64,000 bases of DNA from positions 448,001 to 512,000 of the forward strand of contig CBDBLX010000002.1 in assembly GCA_965207445.1 (NCBI GenBank), read 5' to 3'. How positions within the stretch are numbered: the first letter of the stretch is position 1; each line of letters begins with the position of its first letter. Made by a program: the position numbers and the translations under genes. The notes beneath the pieces are model-generated. The model did no database searches and was not told where the DNA came from. It worked only from the letters and a program-made list of their open reading frames with translations. Of this stretch, positions 53,193-64,000 are shown piece by piece. The stretch comes from Nitrosopumilus sp. Its GTDB lineage: Archaea > Thermoproteota > Nitrososphaeria > Nitrososphaerales > Nitrosopumilaceae.

Positions 53193-54471
53193 TTATTCTG
53201 ACTCCGCACGATCGAGCTTGGCAAGTGTTTCTTTAATGTTCTTCATAATCCCTCTAATCTCTTTTTCATCTTCATCATCTTCATTCTCATCAATTTCTGG
53301 TTGTGGTTGAGTTGGTTGTGGTTGAGTTGGTTGTGGTTGAGTTGGTTGTGGTTGAGTTGGTTGTGGTTGAGTTGGTTGTGGTTGAGTTGGTTGTGGTTGA
53401 GTTGGTTGTGGTTGAGTTGGTTGTGGTTGAGTTGGTTGTGGTTGAGTTGGTTGTGGTTGAGTTGGTTGTGGTTGAGTTGGTTGTGGTTGAGTTGGTTGTG
53501 GTTGAGTTGGTTGTGGTTGAGTTGGTTGTGGTTGAGTTGGTTGTGGTTGAGTTGGTTGTTGAGTTGGTGGTTGAGTTAGTTGGTTGTGGTTTGGTTTATC
53601 TTGGTTTGTTTATTTTTGGTCTGTACTGTTGGGTTGCTTTTTGATCTATTTTTCTCTGAATTGGTTCTGGTGTGGCTCTGACCTGTCTTCTGACATTTTG
53701 TATTTCTGGGTTTATGATTACTCTTTTTGGTTGTTGTTGTGTATTACTGGCAGGAGGTTGCTGCTGAACAGGTACAAGTATATCTGTTGCAGTCGACTGT
53801 GTCTTTTTTGGCTTTGGCGTGTCATATGGTGTAAACTTTGAACTTGACGGAATGCTTGTCAGTGTTGTGATCTCAAATGAACCTGGCGAATGTAAGCCAA
53901 CCCTTGGAATATTTGGTGTGGGTGATATTGTCTCTGCATCTTTTGTAGCATGTGATGTTGTTTGTGCTTGCGTGTCTTTTGTTGAATTTGTTAATTTTGA
54001 TCTTGCTATCTCTGTTGATGCTTTTTCATCTTTTTTCGATTCTGATAATTCTTGTGTTGCTTTGATGTCTGCAACTTTTGTTGCAATGTCATACATCTTT
54101 GTATCTAGGCTTGATAGTTTCTGATCCATCAAAGTGACAAGCCCATCACCCACAGGGCCTAAATCTGGATGATTTTTTGAATCTTCTAGCTTTTCTAGTC
54201 TTGCCATTACAATACTTAACTGATGTTGATACCTTGCTAGCAATTTTTCTTTATGTTCCCTTGGCATCGTCTCCCATTCTTTGGATTGATACAGTCTTGT
54301 TACGGTCTTTGCAAGTATCTCTTTTTCTATCTTGAGTGTCTTTATCTGATTTTGAATTTGTGAGCTTGCACTTAATGTAAGTAATTGATGAGTATTTTTT
54401 GTTCTTGCCCTAACTGCTACTGCTGTGGCGATTCCTGCCAACGAGCTTAATAAAAGAGCAACCTCTTGCAT
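53193..54471 (-). pseudogene. Membrane-anchored coiled-coil protein with PQPTQ repeat, frameshifted near 53600
   Basis: ORF 53596-54471 stops just before the repeat; the +1 frame continues (PTQPQ)n-EIDENEDDEDEKEIRGIMKNIKETLAKLDRAESE* and ends beside the rpiA start. Confidence 0.6.
53299..53553. repeat. 15-bp tandem repeat (GGTTGTGGTTGAGTT) x17
   Basis: Read directly; degenerate units continue to ~53590. Confidence 0.95.
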
Positions 54472-54639
54472 TTACGTATACCACTTTATCCACGAGTACT
54501 TTCTAAGTTTCGCATCTGGAAATCCACAACTAGAGCATCTGCCGCTTCGTTTATGTAATGAATTTTTACCGCAACGTCTGCATCTGATATGGACTTTTTT
54601 CTTTGTAAAGCCTCCCATTGATGTGGTACCTTTGACCAA
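54472..54639 (-). CDS. rpl37e: 50S ribosomal protein L37e (below ORF-track cutoff)
   Basis: Manual translation [41 protein letters not shown]...; downstream of Lsm. Confidence 0.9.
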   Translation of the reverse strand: MVKGTTSMGGFTKKKVHIRCRRCGKNSLHKRSGRCSSCGFPDAKLRKYSWIKWYT

Positions 54640-54661
54640 CCTTACATCACATCCTCATTCA

Positions 54662-54898
54662 CTAATTCTGGGATGGAGGTGGTGATATCATTACAACATT
54701 GTCACCTCTAACTACAATTGATCCTAAACTCTTCGCCTCGCCTTCTGCTGGCATTTCCTCTGAGTCATCTAATAGTAGATTCATGTGTTGATCAAAACCC
54801 CGCAGGTTTCCCCTAATTGTCTTGTTTCCTTTTAGTTTTATCAGCACAAGTTGATTGATATTTTCATCAAGCACTTTTACTGCCATATCGACTGACAT
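54662..54898 (-). CDS. Sm-like archaeal protein (Lsm)
   Basis: GFDQHMNLLL and VVRGDNV Sm motifs. Confidence 0.95.
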   Translation of the reverse strand: MSVDMAVKVLDENINQLVLIKLKGNKTIRGNLRGFDQHMNLLLDDSEEMPAEGEAKSLGSIVVRGDNVVMISPPPSQN

Positions 54899-54956
54899 AT
54901 TTCTGATTTTTTGGCCTCATAACTAGTATATTAAAATTTCATTGATCAATATATGA

Positions 54957-56420
54957 TCAATAAATTGATATATTTTTCAACTCAAGCAAAATATCTGTAT
55001 ACTGTTTTACTATTTTTTCTGTATCTACTTGGGTTGGCGCCTCAGCATATACACGTATTGCAGGCTCTGTACCACTTGGCCGAATTAGTACCCACCTATC
55101 CCCTATATCTGACAAAATTATTTTGAGTCCATCTCTGTCATCTGATACCTCAAGTGTACTGTGCAGATGTGCCATTACATCATTTTGGTCATTGAATGCA
55201 CATCTGACCTTTGTCTTTGCTGTATATGTGGGGGGTAGTAATTTTGTGTGTTCTGAGAGTGTCATATTTTTTGAGTGTGCTAACATATCGAGCACAAGTG
55301 CTAGTGTCATGCATCCATCCCGCACCGCATTATGTGGTCCATACATGAATCCTCCATTCTCTTCATATCCTATGATTGCACCTGTATCCCTCATACATTG
55401 AGACACCTCAACACTTCCAATCTTTGTTCGTATAACATTGGCCCCAAAATGACCTGCTACTTTTTCTATTGCTGAGCTAGAATTCAGACATGTTGCAATT
55501 TTTATACCTGTGGTATTGTCTTTTGTATTTTGTATATTTTTTTTAAGTGTGTTTTTTTGTAGTATATGTTTTACTAGTACAAGTGCAGAACGATCACCTA
55601 TAACAATTTGACCATTTTCATCACAAAACATACTTCTATCTCCATCACCATCAAATGCCACTCCGAGATCAGCATTGTTTTCTAACACTGCATGCGATAG
55701 TTGTGACAAATTTTCTGGGGTTGGTTCTGGGCCCCGACCTGGGAATTCTCCATCTATTGAATCATTTATAGTCACATATTTGGCTTTTAATTTTTCACAC
55801 AATTGCATTGCGTGTGGACCTTGTACGCCATTTCCTGAGTCAATTACAATTTTGATCTTTTTTTCTGATATTGTATCGTGATCTATTTTTGATATTATGT
55901 CGGGTATATATGCAAATGATTCATTTTTCTTTACAATTGTACCCCATCTGTTATTTGGCTTTGTATGTATGTTTTTAGCATGATACATTTTTTCTATCTC
56001 TCTCTCATATTTTCGTGGTATCTCTATACCATCTGATGCAACGACCTTTAATCCATTATACTCTGGTGGGTTATGTGAAGCTGTGATCATTATTCCTCCT
56101 ACATAATCTTGTGGAAATTTTTTTATCTCATATTGGAGGCAAGGCGTTGAGATCATGCCTGCAATCGTACAATTAATGCCTGCATAACTTAATGATGCTG
56201 CAATGGCATTGCATATGAGATGTCCTGTACTTCGTCCATCATATCCTACAAGTATGGATTTTCTTGTATTTTCATTTTTGATTGTCATATGTGTTCCAAT
56301 CGTTGATGCCATCTCAGAGATGAATTCCAATGTAAAAAAATCATGTTCCAATATTCCTCGTATGCCGTTTGTTCCAAAGTACGTATTGTTGCCCATTATC
56401 ACTTTTTTTAATACTGACAA
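54957..56420 (-). CDS. Phosphoglucosamine mutase / phosphomannomutase family
   Basis: FGTNGIRG, TASHNP, FDGDGDR, RPSGTEP. Confidence 0.9.
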   Translation of the reverse strand: MSVLKKVIMGNNTYFGTNGIRGILEHDFFTLEFISEMASTIGTHMTIKNENTRKSILVGYDGRSTGHLICNAIAASLSYAGINCTIAGMISTPCLQYEIKKFPQDYVGGIMITASHNPPEYNGLKVVASDGIEIPRKYEREIEKMYHAKNIHTKPNNRWGTIVKKNESFAYIPDIISKIDHDTISEKKIKIVIDSGNGVQGPHAMQLCEKLKAKYVTINDSIDGEFPGRGPEPTPENLSQLSHAVLENNADLGVAFDGDGDRSMFCDENGQIVIGDRSALVLVKHILQKNTLKKNIQNTKDNTTGIKIATCLNSSSAIEKVAGHFGANVIRTKIGSVEVSQCMRDTGAIIGYEENGGFMYGPHNAVRDGCMTLALVLDMLAHSKNMTLSEHTKLLPPTYTAKTKVRCAFNDQNDVMAHLHSTLEVSDDRDGLKIILSDIGDRWVLIRPSGTEPAIRVYAEAPTQVDTEKIVKQYTDILLELKNISIY

Positions 56421-56452
56421 TAGATAAATTTGTGTTCTATATAATGTGTGAC

Positions 56453-56540
56453 GCGGGAGTTGCCAAGCCTGGTCAAAGGCGTAGGGCTTAGGACCCTATC
56501 TTTTAGGAGTTCGTGGGTTCAAATCCCACCTTCCGCACCA
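56453..56540 (+). tRNA. tRNA-Leu (anticodon TAG), CCA encoded
   Basis: GCGGGAG...CTTCCGC-ACCA; TAGGG-CT TAG GA-CCCTA; long variable arm. Confidence 0.95.
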
Positions 56541-56848
56541 AAATTACCCATTCATGTATTTTATAATTATATTTTTAAATAAAATATGTGCGACATTAAA
56601 CTCATAATTGTTAATAGTTTTTAAAATAATTATTACTCGAATAAATTTCAATCTCTATTGTTTGTTGGCAAATAATAAGTTCAAACTTGCACATTTATGA
56701 GAATTGCACAACCTAAACTTAACTGTCTAATTTATTGTCATATGTATACTTGGATTAATTTTATTTTATACGTTGGTGTTGGATATAAAGTACTTGAAAT
56801 AAAACAACACAATCAAAAAAGTGACTAAAAATGGATGTTATATATTAC

Positions 56849-57311
56849 TGCAAAAAAGGTGTGAACCAACCTGTTTTGGCATAATAATAAAATCATACAC
56901 ATTTAAGATTTATCATCAGACAACGGACCAATGATTTCACACAATTTATCTCAGACATTTAGTCCCCGTAGATTCCACGTCTCAACACAACTAAGTTTAA
57001 CACAGAGACTTTCTGCCCCTTGCAATTCTTTAACTTACTAGCTATTTTTTGCTCAAGTCACTAAATTTTCTTTTTCATATTTTATTTTTAATTTAATACA
57101 TACATCATCTGCTTTGTCTGGCCTTTTTGACTCATAGTGTTGGTAAAAAAATTTGATTATACAAATGTATTTATTATTTCCAATAATTTAGATAAATTAA
57201 TTTAAATATAAAAAAATACAATCATTACAAAACCTCAAAATCCAAATTATCTTTCATATTCAAATTTTAAATGATATATTAGTCAGGAAGGTTGGTTCAC
57301 GCATTTTTGCA
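56849..57311. mobile_element. AT-rich ~450-bp segment bounded by inverted repeats related to the MITE ends
   Basis: TGCAAAAAAGGTGTGAACCAACCT ... AGGTTGGTTCACGCATTTTTGCA. Confidence 0.5.
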
Positions 57312-57608
57312 TACTATAAATGAATATATTTTTGACTTTTCCTAGAGGAATAGTTACGCACCGCATTTGAGATCATGCCATGCATATATCAAAAATGATC
57401 ATAGGTTATTTACAACTGATTCATGACCTTGATCTGGGTTAAGATTTATGAGCGTCGCTATACTCTTGCGTCTGTTGTCGCCTCCTTTGCCCCTACGCAT
57501 TCAGTTTTGATCGGTCTCACTCTAGATGGATTCTTGCCAATTTCCATAAAATAAACGCGAATCAAAATTTACGAAATTGTTATAAATACGTGTTTTGAGA
57601 GTTAATTA

Positions 57609-60600
57609 TTGAATAAAGGAGCATTATATGGTATTATTGGTGCTGCAATTGCAATTGGTATTGGTATTGCTGTAGTTGCATCTATGGCACCTGTTGACGA
57701 TCAACCAGCACTTCCTACTGTTCCAGTGGATCCACCTCTAGATGATGCTCCTCCTGTTGATGATACTTCTATTGATGATGTCACATCTGATGTAGCACTA
57801 GTTGATGTTGGTGTCTTGTTGCCTGCAACAGGTGATTTGACAAGCCATGGAAACGAGAACAAACTTTCACTAGAACTATCAGTTGAAGATTTCAATCAAT
57901 ATCTAGAAGATAAAAATGCTGACTGGCGTATGAACCTTGTAATAGAGGATACCCAATCTGATCCAATCGTTGCACTAGAAAAAATTCAATCCCTCAACTC
58001 TAAAGGAATTAAATATGCACTTGGTCCAGAATCTAGTGCAGAGACTCGCAACATTATGTCATATGCAGATTCTAATGATATGATTATTCTCTCACCCTCC
58101 TCAACGTCACCGAAACTTGCAGTTGCAGACAACATATTCCGCTTTGTACCTGATGATACAATACAAGGCAAGGTAGTCGCAGCACTACTTGCTGACAAGG
58201 GAATAAAGGTCGTAGTGCCAATATATAGAGGCGATGTATGGGGTGATGGACTGTTTGAGTCCACACAAATGTCATTTGAAGAGATGGGTGGTATTATAGC
58301 TGATCCTATACGCTTTTCACCTGAAATTACCACATTCTCTACTGAAGCTCAAACCTTATCTGTTAGTATAGATCGACTCCACCAAGATTATGCAGCCGGT
58401 GAAGTTGGTGTATTTGTAATTGGATTTGATGAAATTGTACACCTGTTTAACTCTGCACTTGAATATGATAACCTAAACAACGTACCGTGGTTTGGTGCTG
58501 ATGGTAATGCTGGTGCAAGTACAATCGTTGATGACCCACGCTCTGCAGAGTTTACAACTAATGTTGGATTTATTGCGACACAGTTTGCAGCATCTGACAA
58601 CGAGGTATTTGAGATGGTAAGATCAGACTTTGAAGCACACACTGGGAAAACCCCAAGCAACAACTATGTCTATTCATCATATGACAGTCTGTGGGTCTTG
58701 GGACTCTCAATGGAAAAAGTTGGATTTAATGCACTTGACATAAAGGAACAACTTCCAGCAACTGGACTAGAGTATACGGGAGCACTTGGTACTGTTATAC
58801 TAAATGATGCAGGAGATTTGGCCATTTCAGACTATGAGTTGTGGTCTGTTATAGATGGTGCGTGGGAGCCTACTGCTAGATACAATGCCGCAACTGGTGA
58901 GATTGTAGGTTATGATGATGGAATGATGATGATGGATGGACAAATGATAGTTGATGTTGGTGTCTTGTTGCCTGCAACAGGTGATTTGACAAGCCATGGA
59001 AACGAGAACAAACTTTCACTAGAACTATCAGTTGAAGATTTCAACCAATATCTAGAAGATAAAAATGCTGACTGGCGTATGAACCTTGTAATAGAGGATA
59101 CCCAATCTGATCCAATCGTTGCACTAGAAAAAATTCAATCCCTCAACTCTAAAGGAATTAAATATGCACTTGGTCCAGAATCTAGTGCAGAGACTCGCAA
59201 CATTATGTCATATGCAGATTCTAATGATATGATTATTCTCTCACCCTCCTCAACGTCACCGAAACTTGCAGTTGCAGACAACATATTCCGCTTTGTACCT
59301 GATGATACAATACAAGGCAAGGTAGTCGCAGCACTACTTGCTGACAAGGGAATAAAGGTCGTAGTGCCAATATATAGAGGCGATGTATGGGGTGATGGAC
59401 TGTTTGAGTCCACACAAATGTCATTTGAAGAGATGGGTGGTATTATAGCTGATCCTATACGCTTTTCACCTGAAATTACCACATTCTCTACTGAAGCTCA
59501 AGTCTTGTCCAATAGTATTGACAGACTCCATCAAGATTATGCAGCCGGTGAAGTTGGTGTATTTGTAATTGGATTTGATGAAATTGTACACCTGTTTAAC
59601 TCTGCACTTGAATATGATAACCTAAACAACGTACCGTGGTTTGGTGCTGATGGTAATGCTGGTGCAAGTACAATCGTTGATGACCCACGCTCTGCAGAGT
59701 TTACAACTAATGTTGGATTTATTGCGACACAGTTTGCAGCATCTGACAACGAGGTATTTGAGATGGTAAGATCAGACTTTGAAGCACACACTGGGAAAAC
59801 CCCAAGCAACAACTATGTCTATTCATCATATGACAGTCTGTGGGTCTTGGGACTCTCAATGGAAAAAGTTGGATTTAATGCACTTGACATAAAGGAACAA
59901 CTTCCAGCAACTGGACTAGAGTATACGGGAGCACTTGGTACTGTTATACTAAATGATGCAGGAGATTTGGCCATTTCAGACTATGAGTTGTGGTCTGTTA
60001 TAGATGGTGCGTGGGAGCCTACTGCTAGATACAATGCCGCAACTGGTGAGATTGTAGGTTATGATGATGGAATGATGATGGATGATGGTATGATGATGGA
60101 TGATGGAATGATGATGGGTGAACCAATGGTAGTTGATGTTGGTGTCTTGTTGCCTGCAACAGGTGATTTGACAAGCCATGGAAACGAGAACAAACTTTCA
60201 CTAGAACTATCAGTTGAAGATTTCAACCAATATCTAGAAGATAAAAATGCTGACTGGCGTATGAACCTTGTAATAGAGGATACTCAATCTGATCCAATCG
60301 TTGCACTAGAAAAAATTCAATCCCTCAACTCTAAAGGAATTAAATATGCACTTGGTCCAGAATCTAGTGCAGAGACTCGCAACATTATGTCATATGCAGA
60401 TTCTAATGATATGATTATTCTCTCACCCTCCTCAACGTCACCGAAACTTGCAGTTGCAGACAACATATTCCGCTTTGTACCTGATGATACAATACAAGGC
60501 AAGGTAGTCGCAGCACTACTTGCTGACAAGGGAATAAAGGTCGTAGTGCCAATATATAGAGGCGATGTATGGGGTGATGGACTGTTTGAGTCCACACAAA

Positions 60601-62447
60601 TGTCATTTGAAGAGATGGGTGGTATTATAGCTGATCCTATACGCTTTTCACCTGAAATTACCACATTCTCTACTGAAGCTCAAGTCTTGTCCAATAGTAT
60701 TGACAGACTCCATCAAGATTATGCAGCCGGTGAAGTTGGTGTATTTGTAATTGGATTTGATGAAATTGTACACCTGTTTAACTCTGCACTTGAATATGAT
60801 AACCTAAACAACGTACCGTGGTTTGGTGCTGATGGTAATGCTGGTGCAAGTACAATCGTTGATGACCCACGCTCTGCAGAGTTTACAACTAATGTTGGAT
60901 TTATTGCGACACAGTTTGCAGCATCTGACAACGAGGTATTTGAGATGGTAAGATCAGACTTTGAAGAACTCACTGGGAAAACCCCAAGCAACAACTATGT
61001 CTATTCATCATATGACAGTCTGTGGGTCTTGGGACTCTCAATGGAAAAAGTTGGATTTAATGCACTTGACATAAAGGAACAACTTCCAGCAACTGGACTA
61101 GAGTATACGGGAGCACTTGGTACTGTTATACTAAATGATGCAGGAGATTTGGCCATTTCAGACTATGAGTTGTGGTCTGTTATAGATGGTGCGTGGGAGC
61201 CTACTGCTAGATACAATGCCGCAACTGGTGAGATTGTAGGTTATGATGATGGAATGATGATGGATGATGGTATGATGATGGATGATGGAATGATGATGGA
61301 TGATGGAATGATGATGGGTGAACCAATGGTAGTTGATGTTGGTGTCTTGTTGCCTGCAACAGGTGATTTGACAAGCCATGGAAACGAGAACAAACTTTCA
61401 CTAGAACTATCAGTTGAAGATTTCAACCAATATCTAGAAGATAAAAATGCTGACTGGCGTATGAACCTTGTAATAGAGGATACTCAATCTGATCCAATCG
61501 TTGCACTAGAAAAAATTCAATCCCTCAACTCTAAAGGAATTAAATATGCACTTGGTCCAGAATCTAGTGCAGAGACTCGCAACATTATGTCATATGCAGA
61601 TTCTAATGATATGATTATTCTCTCACCCTCCTCAACGTCACCGAAACTTGCAGTTGCAGACAACATATTCCGCTTTGTACCTGATGATACAATACAAGGC
61701 AAGGTAGTCGCAGCACTACTTGCTGACAAGGGAATAAAGGTCGTAGTGCCAATATATAGAGGCGATGTATGGGGTGATGGACTGTTTGAGTCCACACAAA
61801 TGTCATTTGAAGAGATGGGTGGTATTATAGCTGATCCTATACGCTTTTCACCTGAAATTACCACATTCTCTACTGAAGCTCAAGTCTTGTCCAATAGTAT
61901 TGACAGACTCCATCAAGATTATGCAGCCGGTGAAGTTGGTGTATTTGTAATTGGATTTGATGAAATTGTACACCTGTTTAACTCTGCACTTGAATATGAT
62001 AACCTAAACAACGTACCGTGGTTTGGTGCTGATGGTAATGCTGGTGCAAGTACAATCGTTGATGACCCACGCTCTGCAGAGTTTACAACTAATGTTGGAT
62101 TTATTGCGACACAGTTTGCAGCATCTGACAACGAGGTATTTGAGATGGTAAGATCAGACTTTGAAGAACTCACTGGGAAAACCCCAAGCAACAACTATGT
62201 CTATTCATCATATGACAGTCTGTGGGTCTTGGGACTCTCAATGGAAAAAGTTGGATTTAATGCACTTGACATAAAGGAACAACTTCCAGCAACTGGACTA
62301 GAGTATACGGGAGCACTTGGTACTGTTATACTAAATGATGCAGGAGATTTGGCCATTTCAGACTATGAGTTGTGGTCTGTTATAGATGGTGCGTGGGAGC
62401 CTACTGCTAGATACAATGCCGCAACTGGTGAGATTGTAGACTATTGA
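57609..62447 (+). CDS. Membrane-anchored LivJ-type substrate-binding protein with four tandem near-identical domains
   Basis: N-terminal TM anchor; ~375-aa domain repeated from ~57801, 58950, 60132 and 61332; overlaps livG start. Confidence 0.9.
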   Translation: MNKGALYGIIGAAIAIGIGIAVVASMAPVDDQPALPTVPVDPPLDDAPPVDDTSIDDVTSDVALVDVGVLLPATGDLTSHGNENKLSLELSVEDFNQYLEDKNADWRMNLVIEDTQSDPIVALEKIQSLNSKGIKYALGPESSAETRNIMSYADSNDMIILSPSSTSPKLAVADNIFRFVPDDTIQGKVVAALLADKGIKVVVPIYRGDVWGDGLFESTQMSFEEMGGIIADPIRFSPEITTFSTEAQTLSVSIDRLHQDYAAGEVGVFVIGFDEIVHLFNSALEYDNLNNVPWFGADGNAGASTIVDDPRSAEFTTNVGFIATQFAASDNEVFEMVRSDFEAHTGKTPSNNYVYSSYDSLWVLGLSMEKVGFNALDIKEQLPATGLEYTGALGTVILNDAGDLAISDYELWSVIDGAWEPTARYNAATGEIVGYDDGMMMMDGQMIVDVGVLLPATGDLTSHGNENKLSLELSVEDFNQYLEDKNADWRMNLVIEDTQSDPIVALEKIQSLNSKGIKYALGPESSAETRNIMSYADSNDMIILSPSSTSPKLAVADNIFRFVPDDTIQGKVVAALLADKGIKVVVPIYRGDVWGDGLFESTQMSFEEMGGIIADPIRFSPEITTFSTEAQVLSNSIDRLHQDYAAGEVGVFVIGFDEIVHLFNSALEYDNLNNVPWFGADGNAGASTIVDDPRSAEFTTNVGFIATQFAASDNEVFEMVRSDFEAHTGKTPSNNYVYSSYDSLWVLGLSMEKVGFNALDIKEQLPATGLEYTGALGTVILNDAGDLAISDYELWSVIDGAWEPTARYNAATGEIVGYDDGMMMDDGMMMDDGMMMGEPMVVDVGVLLPATGDLTSHGNENKLSLELSVEDFNQYLEDKNADWRMNLVIEDTQSDPIVALEKIQSLNSKGIKYALGPESSAETRNIMSYADSNDMIILSPSSTSPKLAVADNIFRFVPDDTIQGKVVAALLADKGIKVVVPIYRGDVWGDGLFESTQMSFEEMGGIIADPIRFSPEITTFSTEAQVLSNSIDRLHQDYAAGEVGVFVIGFDEIVHLFNSALEYDNLNNVPWFGADGNAGASTIVDDPRSAEFTTNVGFIATQFAASDNEVFEMVRSDFEELTGKTPSNNYVYSSYDSLWVLGLSMEKVGFNALDIKEQLPATGLEYTGALGTVILNDAGDLAISDYELWSVIDGAWEPTARYNAATGEIVGYDDGMMMDDGMMMDDGMMMDDGMMMGEPMVVDVGVLLPATGDLTSHGNENKLSLELSVEDFNQYLEDKNADWRMNLVIEDTQSDPIVALEKIQSLNSKGIKYALGPESSAETRNIMSYADSNDMIILSPSSTSPKLAVADNIFRFVPDDTIQGKVVAALLADKGIKVVVPIYRGDVWGDGLFESTQMSFEEMGGIIADPIRFSPEITTFSTEAQVLSNSIDRLHQDYAAGEVGVFVIGFDEIVHLFNSALEYDNLNNVPWFGADGNAGASTIVDDPRSAEFTTNVGFIATQFAASDNEVFEMVRSDFEELTGKTPSNNYVYSSYDSLWVLGLSMEKVGFNALDIKEQLPATGLEYTGALGTVILNDAGDLAISDYELWSVIDGAWEPTARYNAATGEIVDY

Positions 62448-63193
62448 GTCTTTTAACAGTAACTGGATTAAAGAAATCCTTTGGTGGTATAGCTGCCCTA
62501 GCCGGTGTTAATGTGGACTTGATTCCAAATAGGATTAATCTCTTGATTGGTGCAAATGGTTGTGGCAAATCAACTCTAATAAATACAATATTTGGGTTAT
62601 GGCCTCCAGACGCTGGTACTGTCACACTTCGTGGTAAAGATATCACCGGACTGCCTCCAGACCAGATATATCATGGTGGAATAATGCGTACATTTCAGAT
62701 TCCAAAACACTTTGCTGGTCTATCTGTCATGGAGAATATGTTAATGGCTCTTCCTGATCCTGGGGAAAAATTCCGTAAAGCACTATTACCTTCACAATGG
62801 AGGGCAAATGAAGCTCGCCAAACAAAAAAAGCACTGAAAATATTGGAATCTTTGGAACTGTTGCATCTAAAGGACTCGTTGTCATTTGAAGTTTCTGGAG
62901 GGCAGATTAAACTATTGGAACTAGGAAAGACTCTGATGACTAATACTGATATTATCATGCTCGATGAGCCTATTGCAGGAGTAAACCCTACTCTTGCAAA
63001 CAAAATATTCTCAAAGATTAGAGATATGTTAGATGAGAATATTACATTTCTTATTATTGAACATCGTCTAGACATTGCTTTAAAATACTCTGATCATGTA
63101 TTTGTTATGGATCATGGACGGATAGTTGCAGATGATCATCCTGACCACATACTTGAAGACAAAGTTGTGCAAGAGTCGTACCTCGGAAAGTGA
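62444..63193 (+). CDS. livG: Branched-chain amino acid ABC ATPase
   Basis: GANGCGKS, RTFQ, SGGQ, LDEPIAG, IEHRL. Confidence 0.85.
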   Translation: MSLLTVTGLKKSFGGIAALAGVNVDLIPNRINLLIGANGCGKSTLINTIFGLWPPDAGTVTLRGKDITGLPPDQIYHGGIMRTFQIPKHFAGLSVMENMLMALPDPGEKFRKALLPSQWRANEARQTKKALKILESLELLHLKDSLSFEVSGGQIKLLELGKTLMTNTDIIMLDEPIAGVNPTLANKIFSKIRDMLDENITFLIIEHRLDIALKYSDHVFVMDHGRIVADDHPDHILEDKVVQESYLGK

Positions 63194-63954
63194 TGAATAT
63201 AATGAGTGTGTCAAGTCCAATTATGAGTGGTAAGAGTGGTTCTACTGCTGAAAAAATAGATACAAGCACCGCAGTCAAGATATCAAATTTAGTATGTGGT
63301 TATGGAAAAAATCAGGTTTTACACGGGGTGGATTTTGAAGCCAACATGTCACAGATAACTGCTATTGTAGGATCAAACGGCTCTGGTAAAAGTACATTGT
63401 TAAAATCTCTTTTTGGACTTTGCGATGTGAAATCTGGCTCTATCAATGCTCTGGGTAAAGATATAACACATATTCCAACACATGCAATTTTACGGTTTGG
63501 AATATCATACATGGCACAAAGAAAGAATGTATTTCAAAATCTCACACTCAAAGAGAACCTTTCAGTAGTGGCAGGTACAGGTGATGCAGAACGTGCCATG
63601 GAACAATTCCCTGAACTAGTACCTTTCCTTGATCGTGTATCTGCAACCCTTAGTGGCGGACAAAAACAACTCCTTGCAATGGCAATGATGTTAGTATACA
63701 AACCTAAAATCATGCTCTTTGATGAACCTACTGCTGCATTATCTCCAAAGAATTCATCAGTTATAATTGAAAAGATAAAAAAACTTAACGCAGCACACGA
63801 CAGCTGCATCATACTAGTAGAGCAGAATGTAAAGGCTGCACTCAAAAACTGTGACAAGGTATACTTACTTGCAAGTGGTAATGTTGTGTATAGTGGTGAT
63901 CCGGCAACTTTGCTTGCTGACAAAGATCTTGCCTCAAAGTATCTTGGGATGTGA
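63190..63954 (+). CDS. livF: Branched-chain amino acid ABC ATPase
   Basis: GSNGSGKS, LSGGQ, DEPTAALSP, VEQN. Confidence 0.85.
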   Translation: MMNIMSVSSPIMSGKSGSTAEKIDTSTAVKISNLVCGYGKNQVLHGVDFEANMSQITAIVGSNGSGKSTLLKSLFGLCDVKSGSINALGKDITHIPTHAILRFGISYMAQRKNVFQNLTLKENLSVVAGTGDAERAMEQFPELVPFLDRVSATLSGGQKQLLAMAMMLVYKPKIMLFDEPTAALSPKNSSVIIEKIKKLNAAHDSCIILVEQNVKAALKNCDKVYLLASGNVVYSGDPATLLADKDLASKYLGM

Positions 63955-64000
63955 TGATGTGAATGTCGATAATACTCTTTGATGGTCTCATATATGGATC

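Noticed and set aside
53301..53644. WLSWL and VVELV repeat ORFs on the + strand
   Set aside because: Antisense shadows of the 15-bp repeat.
57986..62194. Repeated minus-strand ORFs of 115, 63 and 91 aa
   Set aside because: Antisense shadows of the four-fold repeated binding domain.

Overview
Low-GC archaeal chromosome segment, most likely an ammonia-oxidising Nitrosopumilaceae (Thaumarchaeota). It carries the adjacent 4-hydroxybutyrate-CoA ligase and 4-hydroxybutyryl-CoA dehydratase of the 3HP/4HB cycle, rpl37e, Lsm and archaeal tRNAs Val, Ala and Leu. Decayed IS elements, TA modules, microsatellite expansions and LIV-type transporters suggest a host-associated lineage (inference). Main finding: a defence island next to tRNA-Val (about 19.6-34.4 kb) with a Type I R-M system. 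Two oppositely oriented hsdS genes share two nested pairs of perfect inverted repeats (38 bp and 29 bp) around a tyrosine recombinase and a hicBA module, a candidate archaeal hsdS shufflon. The recombinase is frameshifted by one extra T in a T8 tract, and a decayed copy of the same module lies upstream. Also present: a ~148-bp MITE family with 8-bp target duplications, a lone 35-bp repeat/36-bp spacer/35-bp repeat unit, a high-GC foreign surface-protein gene, and a substrate-binding protein built from four near-identical domains joined by variable Met-rich linkers.
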